Origin: an uncultured archaeon
GTDB taxonomy: Archaea > Altiarchaeota > Altiarchaeia > JAFGQM01
NCBI GenBank assembly: GCA_964619365.1
Contig: CAZUDQ010000002.1
Span: 1-64,000, forward strand
Direction: 5' to 3'
DNA: 64,000 bases
Shown piece by piece: positions 1 through 8,727 of this stretch; the first letter of the stretch is position 1, and each line of letters begins with the position of its first letter. The notes beneath the pieces are model-generated. The model ran no database searches. It was not told where the DNA came from and was given only the letters and a program-made list of their open reading frames with translations. The position numbers and the translations under genes are program-made.

Positions 1-376
1 CTGTGATAGCCTTTCTTCCCATGGCTTCCTTGACCATGATTTCAGTACCTTCTTCGGCCTTGACGCCTTCTGGAAGTGGGATTTCAATCGTCTCGTAAGT
101 CTCAACATCCATGAGCTGTACGTTTCCACCTGCAACCGAAAGTACTTGGTGCGCTTTTCTGGTTATCATTGGGACATCAACCTTTCTGTCACCGCTTGTG
201 AGGAGCTGTTGCTTTTTGCCGTCAAAGATGCTTGCACCCATGATTTTTACCTTTGCTGCGCCGTGTTTTCCGGGTTTTGAGGAACTGTAATCGACAATTT
301 TGCATGGCTCGCCATCTATTACTACATAACTTCCTTTCTTAAGGTTTCTTACTTCTTCTATCTTGATGTCTGCCAT
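1..376 (-). CDS. eif5a: Translation factor aIF5A (3' end runs off window)
   Basis: Manual translation from ATG at 376: MADIKIEEVRNLKKGSYVVIDGEPCKIV...SKPGKHGAAK (hypusine loop motif). Confidence 0.95.
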   Translation of the reverse strand, partial: MADIKIEEVRNLKKGSYVVIDGEPCKIVDYSSSKPGKHGAAKVKIMGASIFDGKKQQLLTSGDRKVDVPMITRKAHQVLSVAGGNVQLMDVETYETIEIPLPEGVKAEEGTEIMVKEAMGRKAIT

Positions 377-460
377 TTTGTTTTAATTGTCATAATCTAA
401 AAATTACACGCTCGTAATTAAAGGCGCACATAATAAAAATAAAGCTGTATCTATAGCGAA

Positions 461-898
461 ATGGTAAAACTCCCACACATAAAAAAAGGCGGCAAGAAAC
501 GTATTGCCATATTTATCGACGGACCTAACCTTCTAAGGAAGGAATTTAATATCAATTTAGGTCAGCTCGCATCACAAATATCAAAGGAGGGCACAATATC
601 AATTGCCAAGGTTTTTTTGAATCAATTTGCCCCACAAAAACTTATTGAAGCAGTATCTGCTGAAGGCATGGAGCCTATAATCACACCTGTTGATTGTGAT
701 GTCGCCCTTGCAACTGAGATGATGGAAGCAGTATATAACCCTAATATCGACACCATTGTTGTCGTCACACGCGACGGAGACTTCCAGCCACCCATCCTTA
801 AGGCAAAACAGCATGGTAAGGAGACTATTGCATATGGTGTCAGAAAGAATCTGTCAGAATGCCTCATAAACAGCGTTGATAGGTTTGTTGAACTGTAA
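461..898 (+). CDS. NYN-domain (LabA/PIN-like, TIGR00288-type) protein
   Basis: IFIDGPN, DCDVALA and TRDGDFQP motifs; LINSVDRFVEL end. Confidence 0.85.
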   Translation: MVKLPHIKKGGKKRIAIFIDGPNLLRKEFNINLGQLASQISKEGTISIAKVFLNQFAPQKLIEAVSAEGMEPIITPVDCDVALATEMMEAVYNPNIDTIVVVTRDGDFQPPILKAKQHGKETIAYGVRKNLSECLINSVDRFVEL

Positions 899-900
899 AA

Positions 901-1449
901 ATGGAACTTCCCGTAGGTAACCCGATAAAAGAGAATATGGAAACATCCCGTATAGATTTTTCAAAACTTTTTCCAACACTTCATGAACATGCGCTGACGG
1001 GCTATATGGATTTATCATTCATAAGTTCTAATGGGGCCGAGTGTGGGACACTGCTTTATAATGAAGGCGAGATAATCGCCGCAGAGTATGATTATCTAGC
1101 ATCAGGCACCACAATAAAAGGAAAAGACGCCCTTTCGCGCTGTATAAACGCCTGTGTCGGAGTGGGCGCATTTAGTATATGCGATTTGAGTTCAGAGGAG
1201 CTTATGTCTGCAAGAGAAAGCGACCGCGAATCTGTGTTAAAATACAAACCAAGCATACCTGAGTTAACCCAGATGTTATCTGAAGAGTTTAGGGAGATTC
1301 CTCCAACAAACAAGAAATCCCAGATGACGGCTGTAACTGGACCTGGGGGCAAAGCTCAGATTTCACGCGACGCAGTACTTAAGAAATATGGCATAAGCCA
1401 TCCCGATGACAAGATGCTTGATTCTCTTATTAGTACTATTAACTCTTAA
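901..1449 (+). CDS. DUF2226-like protein
   Basis: LTGYM..G.LLY.EGEIIAAEY..KGKDAL pattern and C-terminal SRDAVLKKYGISHPD tail; lies upstream of minD. Confidence 0.6.
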   Translation: MELPVGNPIKENMETSRIDFSKLFPTLHEHALTGYMDLSFISSNGAECGTLLYNEGEIIAAEYDYLASGTTIKGKDALSRCINACVGVGAFSICDLSSEELMSARESDRESVLKYKPSIPELTQMLSEEFREIPPTNKKSQMTAVTGPGGKAQISRDAVLKKYGISHPDDKMLDSLISTINS

Positions 1450-1479
1450 ATTATAATCCAGTAATAAAACGCAAGTAAA

Positions 1480-1944
1480 ATGGCATTTTTCAAGAAAAAG
1501 ACAAAATCACACAAGGAAGCCGCTACGCCAAAGCGCCAGGAGCGTCTTGTAGGTATACGGCGCAGTATCGAGGCGAGCCTGAAATACGAACAGGACGCCC
1601 TTTCAAGACCCATTAATGCAAGCACGCTAAAACGGATATATAATGTCGATTCACTTTGGATAAAAAAAGGCGATGACATAAGAAAAATCGGTTCTGCCAA
1701 TTATGATCGCGAGCTTTCAGTCTTTAGGGCTGCATGCGAGCAATATTCCGGATTAAAAAATATTTGTTTACAAAAAGGCAATACAAAATATTATGTAGTT
1801 GAAAAAGAAGGCATAACTTATGCATTTTCAACACCAGTTGAGTTCATGAACCCTGATATTTATATGATGTTAACTGATATCATGGGCTCTTTTGAAGAGA
1901 ATAAGGTTTTTTTAAGCAGTAATACTAACATAACCGGAGAATGA
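1480..1944 (+). CDS. Hypothetical protein, possible roadblock/MglB-like C-terminal fold
   Basis: 154-aa ORF whose stop overlaps the minD ATG (ATGA); fold inferred from secondary-structure pattern only. Confidence 0.55.
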   Translation: MAFFKKKTKSHKEAATPKRQERLVGIRRSIEASLKYEQDALSRPINASTLKRIYNVDSLWIKKGDDIRKIGSANYDRELSVFRAACEQYSGLKNICLQKGNTKYYVVEKEGITYAFSTPVEFMNPDIYMMLTDIMGSFEENKVFLSSNTNITGE

Positions 1945-2699
1945 CCGCAAGAACTATCGCTATTGCTTCTGGAAAAGGGGGCGTGGGAAAGACTACAACA
2001 TGTGCCAATATATCCATTGCCATGGCTCAGCTTGGAAAGCGTGTCACGCTCCTTGATGCAGACCTTGCAATGGCAAACCTTGGTATCACTCTAGGAATGG
2101 AGGAGACCCCGACAACACTTCACGAAGTGCTTGCAGGCGATGCTAATATCGAAGATGCAATTTATGAAGGTCCCGCAGGAATACGTTTTGTCCCATCAGG
2201 TCTTTCCTTAGACACGTTCTTAAGAGTTGATGTCGAGAAACTAAAACCCATTGTTTCACAATTACTTGAGGACACAGATATCCTTCTTATAGACGCTCCT
2301 GGCGGACTTGGAAAAAATGTTCTAGGCGCAATGATTTCAGCCGCAGAACTCTTAATAGTCACTATGCCAGACCCTTCAGCACTTGCCGATGCTCTTAAAA
2401 CCAAACTCGTCGGAAACCGCCTTAATATGGAGATTCTTGGCGTTGCACTTAACATGGTGCGCTCGGATAAAGCCGAAGTCACTCCAGAGGAAGTATCTGT
2501 ACTTCTCGATTCCCCAATTTTACAAGTAGTGCCTTACGATAATAACGTAAAGCGAGGGGCAGTAGAAGGAAAACCGGTTATCCTAAGGAATCCGGATTCA
2601 CCTGCGGCAAAGGCTTACAAGAACCTTGCAGCAGTCCTTGTGGGCGAAGAAGTAAAGGACGAAAAGAGGGGCTTTTTAAATAAGCTCTTTAAGAAATAA
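1941..2699 (+). CDS. minD: Archaeal MinD ATPase
   Basis: Deviant Walker A ASGKGGVGKTT, LLDADLAMANL, LLIDAPGG; C-terminal amphipathic GFLNKLFKK. Confidence 0.92.
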   Translation: MTARTIAIASGKGGVGKTTTCANISIAMAQLGKRVTLLDADLAMANLGITLGMEETPTTLHEVLAGDANIEDAIYEGPAGIRFVPSGLSLDTFLRVDVEKLKPIVSQLLEDTDILLIDAPGGLGKNVLGAMISAAELLIVTMPDPSALADALKTKLVGNRLNMEILGVALNMVRSDKAEVTPEEVSVLLDSPILQVVPYDNNVKRGAVEGKPVILRNPDSPAAKAYKNLAAVLVGEEVKDEKRGFLNKLFKK

Positions 2700-2730
2700 C
2701 TCTTAAAAAATATTTATTTTTTCTTTAAAA

Positions 2731-2946
2731 ATGACAAAGCCATTTGATCTTTTGACTACGGCACTTGGGAAGAACGTACTAGTAAAACTTAAGAATGGGG
2801 CAGAAATTCGAGGAGTTCTCGAGGCATATGACCCACACCTTAACCTTTCTATGAAAGACGCTGAGGAACTTGAGGGGGGCGAATTAAAAAAGAAGCTCGG
2901 TGATCTCCTTATACGGGGCGACACAATAGTTTTGATTTCGCCTTAA
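2731..2946 (+). CDS. lsm: Sm-like archaeal protein (Lsm)
   Basis: Sm1 VKLKNG.EIRGVLEAYDPHLNL and Sm2 IRGDTIVLISP. Confidence 0.95.
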   Translation: MTKPFDLLTTALGKNVLVKLKNGAEIRGVLEAYDPHLNLSMKDAEELEGGELKKKLGDLLIRGDTIVLISP

Positions 2947-3008
2947 GGTTTTATTTAGTATAACTCAAATATCGCGCGAGGATTTTACTTTATTCTTGCG
3001 AGATTTTT

Positions 3009-3082
3009 GGGCCTGTGGTCTAGTTGGTTATGACGTCGCCTTTACAAGGCGAAGATCGCCAGTTCGAATCTGGCCAGGCCCA
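3009..3082 (+). tRNA. tRNA-Val (TAC), intronless, CCA not fully encoded
   Basis: GGGCCTG/CAGGCCC acceptor stem, TCGCC-TTTACAA-GGCGA anticodon arm, GCCAG-TTCGAAT-CTGGC T arm; followed by CCT. Confidence 0.95.
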
Positions 3083-3191
3083 CCTATGAGTTTAGTATTT
3101 AGTTAGCACTAGACAAATTTGTTCCTTTAACCTTACATGAATCTTACAGACTTAACTAAGTTTAGTGAGGCAGTCTTTTCCTAATTTTCTT

Positions 3192-3386
3192 TTAGTCAAG
3201 ACAGCAGAGGATTTCCTCAAGCCGTTTTGTGTCAGGATATTCGCCTCTTAAAGAACCTGTCTTATTGCCTCGAAGCTTGTCGAACATGCCCGAAATCGGA
3301 TTAGTCATGGTCTTTGCTCCTTTTTCTTGAGTACGCCTAGCAGCCTGCTCTGCTTGCCAGTCTTCGTTTAGGTGTTGTAGTGACAT
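3192..3386 (-). CDS. Small hypothetical protein (64 aa)
   Basis: ATG preceded by GGAGAG SD-like site and TATATA-like element; no recognised motif. Confidence 0.45.
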   Translation of the reverse strand: MSLQHLNEDWQAEQAARRTQEKGAKTMTNPISGMFDKLRGNKTGSLRGEYPDTKRLEEILCCLD

Positions 3387-3559
3387 ATTCTCTCCAGTTG
3401 GGTGAGATATATAGAAGGGAAAGATATAAAAGGATAAAAAGCATTTAGAAGCTTTCTTCTCTTTAATTGTTTTTAAAAATATGCTTTTGACAACATTAAT
3501 CTAGCATCTTTTTATTCGTCCAGCCTTTAAGATATTTAGTAAAAATAAAATTTATTAAA

Positions 3560-4387
3560 ATGACAATAAAGAAAGCGAAAAATAAAGGGCCGACAAAGCC
3601 AAGAGCTCCCCAGCCGACTGTCGTTATGAAAACCCAATTTACTCCGACAACACAATTTCTATTGATTGCAGGGATTGGAATAGTGCTTCTTGTAGCAATA
3701 GCCTTTATTGCTTTTCCAGCACCAGCCCCCTCATCACATATAGTGTCTGCAGTATGTGGCGACCTGACTTGCTCCCCGACAGAGTCTTGTATAAGTTGTC
3801 CGATAGATTGTGGAGACTGTGGAGAGGTCTGCGGCGACAGCAAATGCCGGGGTGAAGAAAACTGCGAAAACTGTCCTGAAGATTGCGGAACCTGTCCCAA
3901 AAAAGAAGTTGCGGTAATCGTGGAGAAGAAAGCAGAAGTAAAAGAAGACCCGCTTGCAGCCCGCAAAATGGATAATAATATCTACTCTGTAGCATCATCT
4001 ACTAACCTAGCTCCAGGTCTTGAGACAGGGGAGGAACTCATAAATGATAGTTATGTCATCGTCCGGTACTTCTATGACAAGAGTTGTATGTCATGCACTA
4101 TGCCTGAGAACCTTAAGGATATGGTCGATTCAGTAGTCGGCGACATGAATGGCATTGCCGTTGCAATAGATTATGACCTTACAACATACAAAGACCCAGG
4201 TCGCCAGTTCTTAAATGTAGATGGGATGGGAATACCTCAAAACCCCAACATAAGAATTGATGGTGCGCCTGGTGGGGAGCGTAGCTACAAGTTATTCAGA
4301 TCTTATTCCCTCGCACAATGGGGGAACAAGAGTGAAGAGCTAAGAAAGGAGATATGCTCCATGACCGATATTACTCCATGTGAGTAA
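3560..4387 (+). CDS. Membrane-anchored protein with two CGD..C..E.C..CP.DCG.C repeats and a CxxC thioredoxin-like C-terminal domain
   Basis: N-terminal TM; Cys repeats; VIVRYFYDKSCMSC and later GIPQNPNIRIDG. Confidence 0.7.
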   Translation: MTIKKAKNKGPTKPRAPQPTVVMKTQFTPTTQFLLIAGIGIVLLVAIAFIAFPAPAPSSHIVSAVCGDLTCSPTESCISCPIDCGDCGEVCGDSKCRGEENCENCPEDCGTCPKKEVAVIVEKKAEVKEDPLAARKMDNNIYSVASSTNLAPGLETGEELINDSYVIVRYFYDKSCMSCTMPENLKDMVDSVVGDMNGIAVAIDYDLTTYKDPGRQFLNVDGMGIPQNPNIRIDGAPGGERSYKLFRSYSLAQWGNKSEELRKEICSMTDITPCE

Positions 4388-4405
4388 TATCCTTCTTTCC
4401 TATTT

Positions 4406-5665
4406 TTATAACTTAACAGTCCTTGAAGGCAGGGGAACCCGTTGGGTAAGGATTTCAGTTAAGGATGTAGAATTTTTCCCTGCTAGTAGGTGCAAAAGCG
4501 CCCCGCCCCCTGAGGATACATGGTTAAAACCATCAATCCCAAGTTTTCTTATGGCAGCTGAAGTATCTCCACCCCCGATGACAGAATAAGCAGAAGAGTC
4601 AGCCATAGCCTTAAAGAGAGCTATTGTGCCCTTTGAAAATTCAGGATTCTCAAAGACGCCTGCAGGACCGTTACAAAAGACAGTTTTCATAGAGTGAATC
4701 AGTTGTGTGAACTCTTCGATGCTTTTTTGTCCTATGTCTAATATCGGATAATCTGTAGGCAAGTCGTCAACCGCGAGCTCTTCTCTTTTACCGTTCTTGT
4801 CTATCGCGACATCTATTGGTAGGTATATCTGCCCATTTGCTGCCTTAAGGAGCTCCTCTGCGTGCTTGTATGACTCCCCATAACCGTTCTTCTCAAGGAA
4901 TGCTTCATTTGCAGAGCCTATGTCAATACCACTTGCTTTAAGGAATGCAAGGGATGGAACCCCGGTGACTATCAGGTAATCGGCCAAGTCCTTTTCAAGG
5001 GCGTTTTCAATCATGAGAAAAGTATCTTCAAGTTTTGCCCCCCCCAGAACATAACCCATAGGCGGTCTTGGGTTCCCATTAACCTGCTCAACCACCCTAA
5101 GCTCTCTTTCCATCAGGCGCGCGACAACAGAAGGCATTACGTGAGGAAAGCCTACCATGCTCGCATTTTTCCTATGGGTACAGGCAAAAGCGTCACAGAC
5201 ATAGATATCAGCAACAGACGACAGGTTCTTTACAAGGTCGCAAGTGGCTCTTTCTTCAGGCTCTCCCTTCTTGTTCTCATCGTCATAGAACCTTAGGTTC
5301 TCAAGGAGTAGCACTTCCCCATCATTTAAGTTTTTTACGGCGTCAAGTGCCCTTTTAGTGTATACAGAATCAACGAATTTGACCTCTTGTTTTAGGACGT
5401 CAGAAAGGACTTTTGCATGAGCCTTTAAGCTTATACAGTCATCCTTACCCAGCCTTGACTGGTGAGACAGGATAACAACACGCGCGCCACGCTCTATGAG
5501 TTCTGCGAGCGTTTCTTTGTGCACTTCAATCTTAAAGGTGCCGCTTATTTCCTTTGACTTCTTGTCAATAGGTACGTTAAGATCGCATCTCACAAGGACA
5601 GTCTTGCCACCTACATCAACATCATCAAGAGTGAGGTGTCTTGGAACCTCGACAATTATCATCAT
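4406..5665 (-). CDS. pgk: Phosphoglycerate kinase
   Basis: VRCDLNVP, SHQSR, LLENLRF, NGPAGVFE, GGGDT, HVSSGGGA. Confidence 0.97.
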   Translation of the reverse strand: MMIIVEVPRHLTLDDVDVGGKTVLVRCDLNVPIDKKSKEISGTFKIEVHKETLAELIERGARVVILSHQSRLGKDDCISLKAHAKVLSDVLKQEVKFVDSVYTKRALDAVKNLNDGEVLLLENLRFYDDENKKGEPEERATCDLVKNLSSVADIYVCDAFACTHRKNASMVGFPHVMPSVVARLMERELRVVEQVNGNPRPPMGYVLGGAKLEDTFLMIENALEKDLADYLIVTGVPSLAFLKASGIDIGSANEAFLEKNGYGESYKHAEELLKAANGQIYLPIDVAIDKNGKREELAVDDLPTDYPILDIGQKSIEEFTQLIHSMKTVFCNGPAGVFENPEFSKGTIALFKAMADSSAYSVIGGGDTSAAIRKLGIDGFNHVSSGGGALLHLLAGKNSTSLTEILTQRVPLPSRTVKL

Positions 5666-5793
5666 TCTTTTTTGCTAGCATAACACGTTAGGAAATAAGT
5701 GGATAATAATTTAGCATGGGGACATAAAAACCTTAACGCATACCCCTCCATGTTTACAGGATCAAATACACAAGATTTGCAAGCTAAGGGATA

Positions 5794-6051
5794 CTATAGA
5801 TGTCGTTTTGGTCGATTGTGCGCAGCACGGGCTTTTTTCACCTTGACAGGTTTTCGGTTCCAACTCAATGACGAGATATTATTCCAGAATTTAGAGCGAG
5901 TATCTGTCGCATCATTAATCGCACCACGCATAACCTTAGCTCTTGTCCCTCTTGTTTGTTGGGTTGCACGGAGTGCAGGTTCTGGCATGATTACAACTCT
6001 TTGCGGAGGTTTCTTATTCCCCTTCCCTCCAAAAATACCTAAAATAGCCAT
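5794..6051 (-). CDS. Small basic orphan protein
   Basis: K/R-rich ORF MAILGIFGGKGNKKPPQR...; fills an otherwise empty gap; start moved to ATG 6051. Confidence 0.45.
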   Translation of the reverse strand: MAILGIFGGKGNKKPPQRVVIMPEPALRATQQTRGTRAKVMRGAINDATDTRSKFWNNISSLSWNRKPVKVKKARAAHNRPKRHL

Positions 6052-6292
6052 AGTAATATAGATGCACATTATTAAAAAACATTTGTTTTAGTTGCAAATA
6101 GCCCAGATATCTTGGGTTTTGTCACAGGCATAAAAACCTTCCTTTATACTATGACAGGCTTAGACCAAGAAAGGACATACAAAAATGCCCAAAAACAGTA
6201 ATGTTTTTATAGACCTAACCCTTAATTTAAGCGAACCCGACCGCTTACGAAAGCTTTAAAAGCACTCAAAAGACGGTTAATAAACCAACAAA

Positions 6293-6916
6293 ATGCAGCT
6301 CAACGACCTTCAGGTGCTTGTTTCAAAGCTAAAAGAAAATACTGGAATGCAAGTCGAGTCAACGACACTTGGACGCTTCCTTGGCCCCCGTGGATCTTAT
6401 ATCTCAGATGTGCTGGGAAGGGAGATACTCACACGACCTGTGATAATAAGTAAAAAAGAAGATTCAATCCAGATTCTTGACCTAAAAAAAGGTTTTGTCG
6501 TGCCGGTTTCTGATGAATCCGAAATTGTACCTGCCATAATAAAGGTCTACTCAAAGACTCCGACGGCATCAGAGCGCGCGCGAGAGCTTAATCAGGGTGT
6601 TGAAAGCACAGTCGAGCTCTATCGCAAGGTCATAACAAAAGAAATAGATGGAAATCCCATCTCCCAAACCCTTTCTGAGTTCCATACGATAATGTCACGA
6701 CCCGGCTCTAATCAGGACAGGCTGGCTCTTGTTGAAAAGACAATAGATTTTCTTGAAGTGCACAAAGGCGAGAGGGTAGGCGAAGAGGAACTTTCAAAAA
6801 TATGCAAGGCGCAGGACAAACTTGGTAAAATGGCAAAACATATAAAGTCGGGCAAGCTTGCGCCGGGACAGATTCCTTCTGTTTTTGAGCTTGCAGTATG
6901 GTCGTGGGTAAATTAA
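6293..6916 (+). CDS. Hypothetical protein (207 aa)
   Basis: Long ORF with AT-rich promoter-like upstream region; no recognised motif. Confidence 0.7.
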   Translation: MQLNDLQVLVSKLKENTGMQVESTTLGRFLGPRGSYISDVLGREILTRPVIISKKEDSIQILDLKKGFVVPVSDESEIVPAIIKVYSKTPTASERARELNQGVESTVELYRKVITKEIDGNPISQTLSEFHTIMSRPGSNQDRLALVEKTIDFLEVHKGERVGEEELSKICKAQDKLGKMAKHIKSGKLAPGQIPSVFELAVWSWVN

Positions 6917-6926
6917 CTTAGATTTT

Positions 6927-7802
6927 TTATTTTAGAGGAACCTTAGTCGCTGTAGCGGGCAGTTTATTTCCGATTCTGCTTAAGATTATGACGAGTCCCA
7001 CCCCCGTGGCACATAATATTATAAGCGAGCCGTACCAGACTCCCAGCTCGGTTGCAGGTATGCCCACCCCAAAGTTCATTATTTCTCTGATTGGCATGAC
7101 AAGTCCCCCTATGACAAGACCGAATAAGAAGAGCATGGTTAAGTCGTGCCTCTTTTTTAGAAGGTGGGAGATTATGTGCGAGACTATAGCTGCACCTACA
7201 AGAGCCCCCCCGCAGAATATTAATATGGGAAGCGCGTTTTGGCTTATTTGTGCCAGGGACTCAATCATATAAGTGTATATCCCCATGATAAGCAGCACAA
7301 AGGAACCAGAAACCCCTGGAACAAACATTGCACATGCCGCAAAAAATCCACCTATAAATATGTACCATAATGAAGGTGTAAAGCCGCTTGCCGGAGCAAG
7401 AAAACTGATTCCTGCGGCAAAAACCAGACCAATAAGGAACAAAGCGACTCCAGAGACTTTAATCTCTTTTATCGCCTTTAGCATGATTAGACCAGATGCC
7501 GCGATAAGCCCTGCAAAAAATGCAAAAGCAAAAGCCCCATGAGTCTCAAGCAAATCTGCCATGAGTCGTGCACCCCCTAAAATAGCTATTATGACACCGA
7601 GTCCTAGAATAGCAAGAAAACCAAAATCAACTTTTCGCTTGAAGCCTTTTCCCATAAATTTAATGGCGTTATCTGTTTCCCTTATGAATCGTGGATAAAT
7701 GCCCATGACAAGAGCCATGGTACTAGCCGAAAGGCCAGGGATTAGGTTTGCAATACCCATCACAATCCCCTTTAAGAACACAAGCACAAAATCTAAATTC
7801 AT
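6927..7802 (-). CDS. DUF368 family polyprenyl-phosphate transporter
   Basis: KGIVMGIANLIPGLSASTMALVMGIY and repeat AMFVPGVSGSFVLLIMGIY; multiple TMs. Confidence 0.9.
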   Translation of the reverse strand: MNLDFVLVFLKGIVMGIANLIPGLSASTMALVMGIYPRFIRETDNAIKFMGKGFKRKVDFGFLAILGLGVIIAILGGARLMADLLETHGAFAFAFFAGLIAASGLIMLKAIKEIKVSGVALFLIGLVFAAGISFLAPASGFTPSLWYIFIGGFFAACAMFVPGVSGSFVLLIMGIYTYMIESLAQISQNALPILIFCGGALVGAAIVSHIISHLLKKRHDLTMLFLFGLVIGGLVMPIREIMNFGVGIPATELGVWYGSLIILCATGVGLVIILSRIGNKLPATATKVPLK

Positions 7803-7803
7803 C

Positions 7804-8598
7804 CTAAACAAGCTCTCCTACTTCAAGAATCGGACACCCAAGTCGTTCTCCAAGCGCCTTTAGTGAAGAGGCGTTCTTTTTGTCGACAGATATTAAAAAG
7901 CAATCCAGGTTACGAGTCATGTGCACGGGCGATTCGAAAAGTTCGAATCCCAGCTTTGAGGCTTCTGCAATTTCCCTTGCAGTCTCCTTTATCCCGCCTT
8001 TTGTCACATCCTTTGCAGCATTGATTACCAAGCTGCCGGATTTTATGTCGGCGAGCAAGGCATACCAATCTGAAAATAGTTTTTTAGCCTTTGCCATACG
8101 TTCCCTTGAATCTCCCCATAACGGTTCTCCAAAAAGCATGAGTGAGTCTCCAAGCTTGCCACCGGACTGCTTCAAAGGACTTGGCAATAATAGCTCTCCG
8201 AACACGAATATGCTCGCACAAGGCCCTTTTGAAAACCTCATCAGGGTTCCTTTGTCATGAGGGCAATTAGTATTTCCTCCGATAACGGGTATTCCAAGCT
8301 CCCGGGATTGTACACTAAGCGACTCGGCCATTTCGATTATCTCGTTTTCTGTGCCTGAAAGGCAATCCAAGGCAAAAATCACCCGCCCGCCCTTTGCGAG
8401 TATGTCAGTTGAAGCATGAACTAGGGCAGAAAGCATGACAAGACGCTTTGCATATGGCCCATCAGCACTAAAAAGAAGCTTAGATTTGTCTACAGGCAGG
8501 CAAACAGCGTCATCGCAGTCTAAAAGGCCAAGTATCTCAGAGCCCACGCAGGGTCCGGAAGCAAAAATCTCAACCACATGCTTTGAAATTTCATCCAT
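7804..8598 (-). CDS. AIR synthase-related (PurM/ThiL/SelD superfamily) protein
   Basis: DCDDAV, SADGP, STDILAKGG, IGGNT, AKDVTKGGI. Confidence 0.75.
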   Translation of the reverse strand: MDEISKHVVEIFASGPCVGSEILGLLDCDDAVCLPVDKSKLLFSADGPYAKRLVMLSALVHASTDILAKGGRVIFALDCLSGTENEIIEMAESLSVQSRELGIPVIGGNTNCPHDKGTLMRFSKGPCASIFVFGELLLPSPLKQSGGKLGDSLMLFGEPLWGDSRERMAKAKKLFSDWYALLADIKSGSLVINAAKDVTKGGIKETAREIAEASKLGFELFESPVHMTRNLDCFLISVDKKNASSLKALGERLGCPILEVGELV

Positions 8599-8727
8599 AA
8601 TATTATTTTAAACTACTATTTTAATGTCTTTATCTTGGAAAAAGACCTCGTAACTTCATATATGGAGTTGAACATAAGCATTTATATAGGTGGAAATTCA
8701 AAGTTACCACTGAACAGTAGTTACAAA

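Noticed and set aside
4406-4480. Possible frameshift in the PGK C-terminus
   Set aside because: LAGKNSTSLTEIL still fits the normal final helix, so this is only a short extension.
5723-6140. 12-bp direct repeat cataaaaacctt flanking the small basic ORF as a TSD/att site
   Set aside because: AT-rich, resembles promoter-like elements elsewhere in the window, and no mobility gene is present.
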